This document shows positions 27,991-35,701 of a DNA stretch of 64,000 nucleotides, piece by piece. The notes beneath the pieces are model-generated. The model was not told the DNA's origin. It did not search any database and saw only the letters and a program-made list of their open reading frames with translations. A program made the translations under genes and the position numbers. Source of the DNA: Patescibacteria group bacterium (lineage in GTDB: Bacteria; Patescibacteriota; Patescibacteriia; 2-01-FULL-39-33); assembly GCA_041645075.1 (NCBI GenBank), contig JBAZQS010000001.1, positions 9,147-73,146 on the forward strand, in the 5' to 3' direction. How positions within the stretch are numbered: the first letter of the stretch is position 1; every line of letters starts with the position of its first letter.

Positions 27991-28124
27991 TATAGCCGCT
28001 ATTTTTCTGTCTGATAGTTGACGAAAAAGTTGTTCCCCCTCCTGACGGCTTTTTTATCAGCAAGTTATGGTCCTTTCCTTTTGGACGGGGCTATAAGCTA
28101 TCGGACAGTAAAATAGCGACTATA
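27991..28124 (+). ncRNA. Unidentified structured RNA, long closing stem
   Basis: 29-bp stem 27991-28019/28096-28124 (two mismatches, two G.U) enclosing smaller hairpins; begins near the predicted TSS. Confidence 0.45.
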
Positions 28125-28145
28125 ATTGTTCTGAAAAATTAGTTT

Positions 28146-28219
28146 GGTTCCGGGGTAATGGAGGCAGGGACTGCAGTACGCAGTCATTCATTTAGAGATT
28201 TTTATCTCCCCCGTAACCC
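28146..28219 (+). ncRNA. Unidentified multi-branched structured RNA
   Basis: GGTTcCGGGG/CCCCGtAACC closing stem; AATGGA/TTCATT, GACTGC/GCAGTC and GAGAT/ATCTC arms. Confidence 0.4.
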
Positions 28220-28223
28220 ATGA

Positions 28224-28326
28224 GGGGTTGGTGTAGCTCGCTGGCAGAGCGGCGCAAAACCGTTGTCGGAGTATTTTGCTCCGTGTTATGCGAAGGTCAT
28301 TGGTTCGAATCCAATCACCAACCCCA
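28224..28326 (+). ncRNA. tRNA-like RNA with expanded anticodon arm
   Basis: Acceptor GGGGTTGGTG/CACCAACCCC, TA-GCTC..GAGC D-arm, ATTGG-TTCGAAT-CCAAT T-arm, but a 32-nt anticodon loop. Confidence 0.65.
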
Positions 28327-28352
28327 AAATATTATAATCGGTCTTTTTAAGT

Positions 28353-28430
28353 CGGGGTGTAGCTCAGTCCGGTAGAGCACCCGCCTTGGGCGCGGGGGGT
28401 CGCAGGTTCAAATCCTCGCCACTCCGACCA
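28353..28430 (+). tRNA. tRNA-Pro(TGG)
   Basis: CGGGGTG/CACTCCG-A-CCA, CCCGC-CT-TGG-GC-GCGGG; one extra C in the 3' T-stem. Confidence 0.88.
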
Positions 28431-28432
28431 AA

Positions 28433-28999
28433 TTAATTAAATTTGTTCATCGCCCTTTCCAAGGAATCTTCAATTATAGCCGTCACCACGTTGGCGGCTT
28501 TTTTTATTGTTTCATTTGTTTCCATTTTTTTATCTTTGCCGATTTTTTCCAAGACATATTTTAAGGCGCCGATTTTTTCGGCCCTGGCGGTTTTGACGCC
28601 GATTTTTAGCCGGATGAAATCTTGAGTGCTCAGCGATTGAATAATTGACCTTATACCATTGTGTCCGCCCGCCGAAGAATTCTTTGCCAGGCGGATTTTC
28701 CCCAGAGGCAAATCAACATCATCGTGAACGATGATTATATCCGCAATTTTTATTTTAAAATAATTTTTTAATAAGGCCGCGGCCAGGCCCGATTCGTTCA
28801 TAAAAGTTTGCGGCTTGACTAAAATGATTTTTTCCCGGCCGATTTTGCCGATAGAAATTTCTGACTTTAATTTTTTATGCTCTTTAAAATTTTCAAATCC
28901 CAATTCATTCGCCATTTTTTCAATGGTTAAAAATCCCATATTATGCCAGGTGTTTTTGTATTGTTCGCCCGGATTGCCCAGACCTATAACTAATTTCAT
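28433..28999 (-). CDS. pth: Peptidyl-tRNA hydrolase
   Basis: GLGNPG..HNMGF, KPQTFMNESG, HDDVD, GGHNG. Confidence 0.97.
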   Translation of the reverse strand: MKLVIGLGNPGEQYKNTWHNMGFLTIEKMANELGFENFKEHKKLKSEISIGKIGREKIILVKPQTFMNESGLAAALLKNYFKIKIADIIIVHDDVDLPLGKIRLAKNSSAGGHNGIRSIIQSLSTQDFIRLKIGVKTARAEKIGALKYVLEKIGKDKKMETNETIKKAANVVTAIIEDSLERAMNKFN

Positions 29000-30360
29000 A
29001 TTTTTTTATCTTCTTTCCACCTTTTAACTTCTATCTGTATCGGCGTGCCGATAATATCAAACGTTTCTCTCAAATTATTCTGAATAAATCTGATATAAGA
29101 AAAATGCAGAATTTTCGGGTCATTGACAAAAATATCAAAGCGCGGGGGGTTGGTCCCACTCTGCTGGATTTTAAAAATATAAGGATTTTTAAGCCCTTGG
29201 CCGCGCGACGGCTTGTGTTTTTTAATTTGGCTTATTAGAAATTTTTGTAAGTCTTCATCGGAAATTCTGACTTGTCTTGATTTTTGGATTTCCAAAATCA
29301 AATCAAGGATTTTTTTGGTTCTCAAATCATCTTTGGCGGAAATAAATATGATTGGCGCCCACCACAAATAGGGAAGATTCCCGTGATAATAATCCATATA
29401 TTTATTGACGGTGTTAGTATCTTTTTCCGGTATCAAGTCCCATTTATTCACGGCGATAATCAGCGATTTTGAATTTTCTAAAATTTCTTGGGTAATTTTT
29501 TTGTCCTGCGTCTCTATTTTTTCCGGCGCTTCCACCACCAAGACCACCACATCCGCCCGCTTAATGGTAGAAATTGATTTGTCAACGGATTTTCGTTCTA
29601 AACTTCTTGGCTCAATTTTACCTTTTTTTCGCATTCCGGCCGTGTCAATCAAAAGAAACTTTTTATCCTTATATTCAAATTCCGTGTCATGCGATTCACG
29701 GGTGGTATGGGGGATATCGGTGACGATCACCCTTTCTTCGCCCAAAATAGAATTGAGCAGAGATGATTTGCCCACATTGGGTTTGCCCACGATGGCCACC
29801 TTAATCGCCTCTTCACCCTCTTTTTCTTTTTGTTGGCTGATTTTTTTCGGCAATTTTTTAATGATTAAATCCAAGAGGTCGCCGCAGCCCGAGCCGTTGG
29901 CCGCCGAAACCATTTGCGGCTCGCCCAAATTTAATTTGTAGATTTCCGCATCGGGATTTCGCCATTTTAAAGAATCGGCCTTATTGACCACCAAAATAAT
30001 TTTATTTTTTAAATGCTGTTTTATTAACTCGCGCGCTAATTCCTTATCGCTTCGCAGGACGCCCTCTTTAGCATCAATTATAAATAAAATTAAATTCGCA
30101 TTGGCAATCGCTTTACGCGCCTGCTTGACAATATTTTCTTCTATAATACCGGGATATTTTTTGTCTATATCAAGACCACCCGTATCAACTAAAATGAATT
30201 CGCGGTCGCGCCATTTTACATTATCAATATTTCGGTCGCGCGTGGTGCCGGAGACCATAGAAACAATCGCTTTGTTTTTTTCAATTAAGCGATTAAATAA
30301 AGTTGATTTGCCGACATTGGCTCGGCCGATAATGGCGACTTGCGCTAATTTTGTTTTCAT
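28996..30360 (-). CDS. der: Ribosome biogenesis GTPase Der
   Basis: Two G domains (GRANVGKS, GKPNVGKS; DTGG/DTAG; NKAD/NKWD); start set at 30360. Confidence 0.96.
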   Translation of the reverse strand: MKTKLAQVAIIGRANVGKSTLFNRLIEKNKAIVSMVSGTTRDRNIDNVKWRDREFILVDTGGLDIDKKYPGIIEENIVKQARKAIANANLILFIIDAKEGVLRSDKELARELIKQHLKNKIILVVNKADSLKWRNPDAEIYKLNLGEPQMVSAANGSGCGDLLDLIIKKLPKKISQQKEKEGEEAIKVAIVGKPNVGKSSLLNSILGEERVIVTDIPHTTRESHDTEFEYKDKKFLLIDTAGMRKKGKIEPRSLERKSVDKSISTIKRADVVVLVVEAPEKIETQDKKITQEILENSKSLIIAVNKWDLIPEKDTNTVNKYMDYYHGNLPYLWWAPIIFISAKDDLRTKKILDLILEIQKSRQVRISDEDLQKFLISQIKKHKPSRGQGLKNPYIFKIQQSGTNPPRFDIFVNDPKILHFSYIRFIQNNLRETFDIIGTPIQIEVKRWKEDKKI

Positions 30361-30510
30361 ATTAGATATGATAGCGGAAAAATCGCTTATTGGCAATTTT
30401 GATAAATAAAAAAATTTGTCGCTTTTTTGATTTTTTAAATTTGACAATTATAAAATTAATTGTTATTATGATTAATAATCTTAGCTCATTGCTCATTAAG
30501 GAGGGCAACA

Positions 30511-30840
30511 ATGAATAACCGCAAAAGCATCGTCTGTATCTGGTTTGTCGAGCCGCTGGATAAAGACACCAATGCCGTTATCGGCCGGATGATTGACCCG
30601 TGCGATAACTTGGAAAATTATCTTGAGGCCGTGGAAGGCGCTGACGGGCAAAACCACAATTTGTGGCAATTGCCCAATTTTCAAATGGTCGGTTCGCTTA
30701 ATGCTAGCGCCAAAGGTCTTCGTTTACGTTTCAAAATTTGGGTCCGAGAGGGGAATGGCCAAATTCGCGAGTGGTTTAAATTGCGTCCGAAAGCCCAAAC
30801 TAAAAACGCCGGCGAAACACGGCCGGCGCCGGCAAATTAA
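30511..30840 (+). CDS. Hypothetical protein
   Basis: Own TTGACA-17-TATTAT promoter, SD AAGGAGG and terminator at about 30856-30888. Confidence 0.65.
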   Translation: MNNRKSIVCIWFVEPLDKDTNAVIGRMIDPCDNLENYLEAVEGADGQNHNLWQLPNFQMVGSLNASAKGLRLRFKIWVREGNGQIREWFKLRPKAQTKNAGETRPAPAN

Positions 30841-30923
30841 TTTTAAAAAAATATTCCGGCTTATCGCGCGATAAGCCGGCTTTTTTATTTAATGAGACGG
30901 TGTGGTATTGGCCGGAGGAATTA

Positions 30924-32456
30924 TTATTTTTGCCCCAAAATAATTACAAAATTTGCCGTGGAGATTAGGCCGGTTGGCGCCGCCACGGCTTCCGCCTCAT
31001 ATAATTTTTCCAATTCTCGGGCCGTGGCCGGATATTTGCCTTTAGCCAAATCGTAAATCACGGTTCGCGCGTATTCGTGATTATCGGCGTTGGCGGTTTG
31101 AATCACTTTTAAGCCCAGCGCTTCCAGCCGCGTTTTTTCCTGGTTGGCATAGCCGTTTATCCAAGTGCCGTTTCTGATTTCAATTTTCGCCGTTTCATCT
31201 TTAAAAGTTTTTTCTATTACCGGTAAAGTATTAATTGGTTTTTCCTCGGTGGTGGTCGCCGCTTTTTCCGTATTATTTTTTGTGGTTGAGGCAGAATTAT
31301 TATTTGCGGTTTTTGGCGGCGGACGTTGGCTGGCAATCGTGTTTTCCACTATGTCTTTGTAGAAAATATATTGCCAGACATTTTTTATATCCTCAAAATT
31401 TCCGGCCGTCGGCAAAAGCAAATAAGAACCGTTAATCATGGCGGAATAAAGCAGCGGCTTGGCGCCGTCAGTCAAGCTTTGGTGAATAATCGCCGCGCTA
31501 TCAACTTTTTTGGCAATATCCATTATTCGGAGCATTTCCCAGATTGCCAAATTGGTTTTAATGTGCTCATTATAAGCGGTCAGAAGATTATTTATTTTTT
31601 TCGGATTAACAAAGGTCTCAATGGTAAATATTTTTTCTTTCAGGGCCATGATAATTTTTTGCTGTCTTTTGGCGCGGGCGAAATCCGAGCCCTCCGAGCC
31701 CAGCGCGTGCCTTGACCGCGCGTATTTGAGCGCCAACTCGCCGTCCATATGTTGTATACCTTTCTTAATACTCAATTTTTCATAGCGGTTTTCAATGGGA
31801 TAAACATATTCTTTGCCGCGGATGGGATATTCATAATCCACCAGGTCGTTTTCTACCTCAATATCCACGCCGCCGAATTCGTCAATAATTTTTTCAAAGC
31901 CGTCAAAATCAACGACTATATAATAATGGATATCCGCGCCCAATAGTTTGCTTAATTCCCGCGCCAGCGCTTCGCCGCCCGCGCCCGTTTTTTTTTGTTC
32001 GGCGAAAGCGCTAATGGCATTTATTTTATAGCAGTTGCCGCCGCCCGCCTCGCAATACTGGGTGTCGCGTGGTATAGACATCATGGCCACCTGATTGGCG
32101 CTCGGCTTATAACTAGCTAAAATAATGGTATCGGCCAAGGTCCCGCCCTCGTGGTTTTTCCCGCCTTGGCCCATAATCAAGAAATTTACCCGGTCATCAT
32201 TTTCGCCGTCTAATTTTTTGTCTTGGCTGGCGATCAGCCGTCCCATCTGCTGGAATAAGTTTAATTTAGAAAGGTTTTTCACCAAGCTTTCGCCGCTGAA
32301 AATGACTGATGACGAGAAAACCAATAGAGAAATGATAATCACGACAATTAAGCCGACGACGATTTTTTTCCAGCCGCGCCTTGATTTTGGGCGCCCCGGC
32401 TCATTAAATTCCGGAACTTCCGGTTCGGGCAGAAAATTGACTTGCATTTTTGACAT
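30924..32456 (-). CDS. LCP (LytR-CpsA-Psr) family protein with LytR_C domain
   Basis: ADTII, SIPRD, KINA, ALKYARSRH, SDFARAKRQQ; C-terminal IEIRNGTWINGYA. Confidence 0.92.
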   Translation of the reverse strand: MSKMQVNFLPEPEVPEFNEPGRPKSRRGWKKIVVGLIVVIIISLLVFSSSVIFSGESLVKNLSKLNLFQQMGRLIASQDKKLDGENDDRVNFLIMGQGGKNHEGGTLADTIILASYKPSANQVAMMSIPRDTQYCEAGGGNCYKINAISAFAEQKKTGAGGEALARELSKLLGADIHYYIVVDFDGFEKIIDEFGGVDIEVENDLVDYEYPIRGKEYVYPIENRYEKLSIKKGIQHMDGELALKYARSRHALGSEGSDFARAKRQQKIIMALKEKIFTIETFVNPKKINNLLTAYNEHIKTNLAIWEMLRIMDIAKKVDSAAIIHQSLTDGAKPLLYSAMINGSYLLLPTAGNFEDIKNVWQYIFYKDIVENTIASQRPPPKTANNNSASTTKNNTEKAATTTEEKPINTLPVIEKTFKDETAKIEIRNGTWINGYANQEKTRLEALGLKVIQTANADNHEYARTVIYDLAKGKYPATARELEKLYEAEAVAAPTGLISTANFVIILGQK

Positions 32457-32645
32457 GATAACGAATATTATTGTTTTAATAATTTTTATGGGCAAATTTT
32501 AAAGCTAATATTTTATAGGCGGGGTATTTATCCCCCGCCCCATGACAACATTTTTTATTATAACTGATTACTTGCAATTTGCCAACATATTATGTTATAA
32601 ATAAACCTTGTAAAATTTTAATTTTGTGTTATAATCAATAACATA

Positions 32646-33272
32646 ATGTCTATGAGTAATCCGGAGAGCAATTTAGGCCTTGGTAATTACAATTCTCAAA
32701 AATCCCGCTTTGTTCGGACGAAAGAATTCGTCTGGGAAATGTTTAAGGTCGCGGTTGTTTCGCTGGCGATCATTCTCCCGGTTCGTTATTTTTTAATCCA
32801 GCCCTTTTATGTCAAGGGAGCGTCCATGGAGCCGAATTTTTATGATCATGAGTATTTGATCATTGATGAGATTGGTTATCGTTTTAATGAGCCCCAAAGA
32901 GGCGATATAGTGGTTTTTAAATATCCGAAAAATCCCAGGCAATATTTTATAAAAAGAGTTATCGGCCTGCCCGGGGAGCATATAAAAATAGAAAATGGCC
33001 GGATTTACCTATTGAAACCAGGCACTTCTTTTATCCCCTTGGCGGAAAATTATTTGGCGCCGGGCCTGGCGACCGACTTGCCGGCTCGCGGTTATGGCGA
33101 CATCACTTTGGGCGCCGACGAATATTTTTTATTGGGCGATAATCGGGGAGAAAGTTTGGATTCCAGGGTGTTCGGGCCGGTAAAAAGGAGTTTTATTATC
33201 GGCCGCACCTGGTTGCGTGGCTGGCCATTCACCCGGTTGACCATTTTTAATACGCCAAAGTATAACTTTTAA
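32646..33272 (+). CDS. lepB: Signal peptidase I
   Basis: GASMEP, RGDIVVF, IKRVIGLPGE, GDNR..SLDSR. Confidence 0.97.
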   Translation: MSMSNPESNLGLGNYNSQKSRFVRTKEFVWEMFKVAVVSLAIILPVRYFLIQPFYVKGASMEPNFYDHEYLIIDEIGYRFNEPQRGDIVVFKYPKNPRQYFIKRVIGLPGEHIKIENGRIYLLKPGTSFIPLAENYLAPGLATDLPARGYGDITLGADEYFLLGDNRGESLDSRVFGPVKRSFIIGRTWLRGWPFTRLTIFNTPKYNF

Positions 33273-33298
33273 CCTTTAACTTTTTACTTTTAACTCTA

Positions 33299-34852
33299 AT
33301 GTCCAGACCAAAGAAAAACTACAACAATTATAATAAAGATAAAAAAGCGGCTAAAACCGAAAATAAGCCCGCTTCGACTTCGCCAAAGCGAGGCGAGCCG
33401 GAAAAACGAAGCCGGAAAAAAGAATTGTCTACCATCACGGGCATGAGAGATATTCTGCCCCAAGACCAGAAGTATTGGGAGGCCGTGAGAAATGTGGCCA
33501 AGGCCATGGCTTTGGCTTACGGCTATGACCAGATTGATACGCCCATTTTGGAATATACGGATTTATTTATTCGGGGCGTGGGCAAGCAGACCGATATCGT
33601 GGAAAAAGAGATGTTCAGCTTTATTGACCAAGGCGGCGATAATTTGTGCCTAAGGCCGGAAGCGACGGCGGCCGTAGTCAGGGCCTATATCCAGCACGGC
33701 ATGCTTAATCAGACGCAGCCGGTTAAGTTTTTTTACCTCGGCCCGATGTTTCGCCACGAAAAGCCGCAATCCGGCCGTTTCCGCCAGCTTTATCAATTTG
33801 GTTTTGAGGCCATTGGCGAGATTAATCCGGCTTTGGACGCCCAGCTTATATTAATGGGCTGGAACTGCCTGAATGAATTGGGCTTAGAGTCGTTAATTCA
33901 GGTCAACAGCATCGGCTGTCCCGAATGCCGCGAAAAATATAAGCAGGAATTGATAAAATATTACAAAAGCAAGAGTAAATTGCTTTGCGAGAATTGCAAA
34001 AAGCGTTTGGCGAAAAATCCTTTGCGCCTATTGGATTGCAAAGAGGACGGCTGCCGCCAATTGCGCGATGAAGCGCCGCAGATTTTGGATTTTTTGGACG
34101 AGGAATGCAAGGACCATTTTATGAAAGTCGTGGAATATTTGGACGAATTGGATTTGCCCTATGTTTTAAATCCGCATATTGTCCGGGGCTTGGATTATTA
34201 TACTAAAACCATTTTTGAATATTGGGCGGCTGACGATATTGAGGGCAAGAGCGCTTTGGGCGGTGGCGGCCGTTATGACGGCTTGGTGGAAACCCTGGGC
34301 GGACGGGAACAAATTCCGGCCTGCGGTTTGGCCATGGGCATGGACCGGATGGTGGCAAAATTAAGGGAAAAAGAAATTGCCGTGCCCAAGCCCTATAAGC
34401 CGGATATATTTATTGCCCAATTAGGCGAAGCCGCCAAAAAGAAAGCCCTGGTTTTGTATGAAAAATTGCGGAAAATAGAGGGATTGGCCCTGGCCCAGGC
34501 ATTTTATAAAGACAGTTTGAAAAGTCAGCTGGAATTGGCCAATAAATTGGAAGTCAAATTCACTCTGATTTTAGGCCAAAAAGAAATTGGCGACGGCACG
34601 ATTTTGTTCAGGGACATGGAAGGCGGGGTTCAAGAAGTTATTAATTTTAATAAAATAGAAGAAGAATTACAGGCCCGACTGGAAAAATATTATAAAAGTC
34701 GGACGACCATTCTAAGAGAAGCAGAAACAGAAGAATCAGAAAACACGGCAGAAACATTGCCTTTGCCAAAAAGAAGAAAGAGGCATCAAGACATTATTAG
34801 AGAAGAAGAGGAAGATGAAGGAGAAAGGTTGGAAAAAGAACCGGAAGAATAG
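33299..34852 (+). CDS. hisS: Histidine--tRNA ligase
   Basis: GMRDILP, LRPEATA, FRHEKPQSGRFRQ, VRGLDYYT, GGGRYDGL. Confidence 0.97.
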   Translation: MSRPKKNYNNYNKDKKAAKTENKPASTSPKRGEPEKRSRKKELSTITGMRDILPQDQKYWEAVRNVAKAMALAYGYDQIDTPILEYTDLFIRGVGKQTDIVEKEMFSFIDQGGDNLCLRPEATAAVVRAYIQHGMLNQTQPVKFFYLGPMFRHEKPQSGRFRQLYQFGFEAIGEINPALDAQLILMGWNCLNELGLESLIQVNSIGCPECREKYKQELIKYYKSKSKLLCENCKKRLAKNPLRLLDCKEDGCRQLRDEAPQILDFLDEECKDHFMKVVEYLDELDLPYVLNPHIVRGLDYYTKTIFEYWAADDIEGKSALGGGGRYDGLVETLGGREQIPACGLAMGMDRMVAKLREKEIAVPKPYKPDIFIAQLGEAAKKKALVLYEKLRKIEGLALAQAFYKDSLKSQLELANKLEVKFTLILGQKEIGDGTILFRDMEGGVQEVINFNKIEEELQARLEKYYKSRTTILREAETEESENTAETLPLPKRRKRHQDIIREEEEDEGERLEKEPEE

Positions 34853-34920
34853 TCGTGTTTGTCAATATTAATTTATTATAACGAGATGGCTATAAAGCCG
34901 TCTTAATTAAAGAAAGCGAG

Positions 34921-35166
34921 GTGAACCAAGTGGTAGAAGTAAAAAGAAAAAAGGGCGAGACCTTTGAGGCCTTAGTCAGGCGGTTTAGCAAAAAAATCCA
35001 GCAGAGCGGGCGATTAATCCAATCCAGAAAGATTAGGTATTATGAAGCGAAGAAAAATAAGACCGCCGTCAGAACCGCCGCGGCCCGTCGGCAAGAGATC
35101 AATGTAAAAAGGGACTATTTGAAAAAAATAGGCAAATTAGTGGAAGAACCGAGAAGTAATCGATAA
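34921..35166 (+). CDS. rpsU: 30S ribosomal protein S21
   Basis: VEVKRKKGETFEALVRRF; rpsU-yqeY gene order. Confidence 0.85.
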   Translation: MNQVVEVKRKKGETFEALVRRFSKKIQQSGRLIQSRKIRYYEAKKNKTAVRTAAARRQEINVKRDYLKKIGKLVEEPRSNR

Positions 35167-35201
35167 ATTTTTTAATTTCTCCCCCGAAAAATAAAAAAAT
35201 C

Positions 35202-35660
35202 ATGACCCTGCAGCCGCAAATTGAACAGGATTTTTTAAAGGCCCTTAAAAGAGGGGATAAATCCGTAGTGGACACGCTACGGATGCTTAAGGCCGCCGTC
35301 CAGAACAAAAAAATTGAAAAATTAATGGCCAAGGAAGCGGCCTTGCCTGATGAGGAAATGGTTGGCTTAATCAAATCGGAAATTAAAAAACGGCGGGACT
35401 CGATTGATTCATATCGGCAAGGCAACCGGAACGATTTGGCGGACAAGGAGGAAGCCGAAATAAAAATTTTAGAAAAATATCTGCCCGAGCCATTATCCGA
35501 AGATAAGTTAATTGAGATAATTAAAAATGTTATCGGTGAGTTGGGCGCGGCTGGTCCGGCTGATTTCGGCAAAGTAATGGGCGCGGTGGTGGCTCGGGTT
35601 AAGGGGCGGGCGGATGGACAGGTGGTAGCACGGTTGGTTAAAGAGGAACTTGGGAAATAA
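35202..35660 (+). CDS. yqeY: GatB/YqeY domain protein
   Basis: KKRRDSIDSY, E..ILEKYLP, DFGKVMG..KGRADG. Confidence 0.92.
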   Translation: MTLQPQIEQDFLKALKRGDKSVVDTLRMLKAAVQNKKIEKLMAKEAALPDEEMVGLIKSEIKKRRDSIDSYRQGNRNDLADKEEAEIKILEKYLPEPLSEDKLIEIIKNVIGELGAAGPADFGKVMGAVVARVKGRADGQVVARLVKEELGK

Positions 35661-35701
35661 AATTAAAAATTAATCAATCTTTATAAAATAACTTAAAATC
35701 T

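Noticed and set aside
28008-28090. Hammerhead ribozyme (CTGA..GACGAAA, GTCC/GGAC)
   Set aside because: The core CUGANGA is not met (CTGATAG, CTGACGG) and the stem order is incompatible
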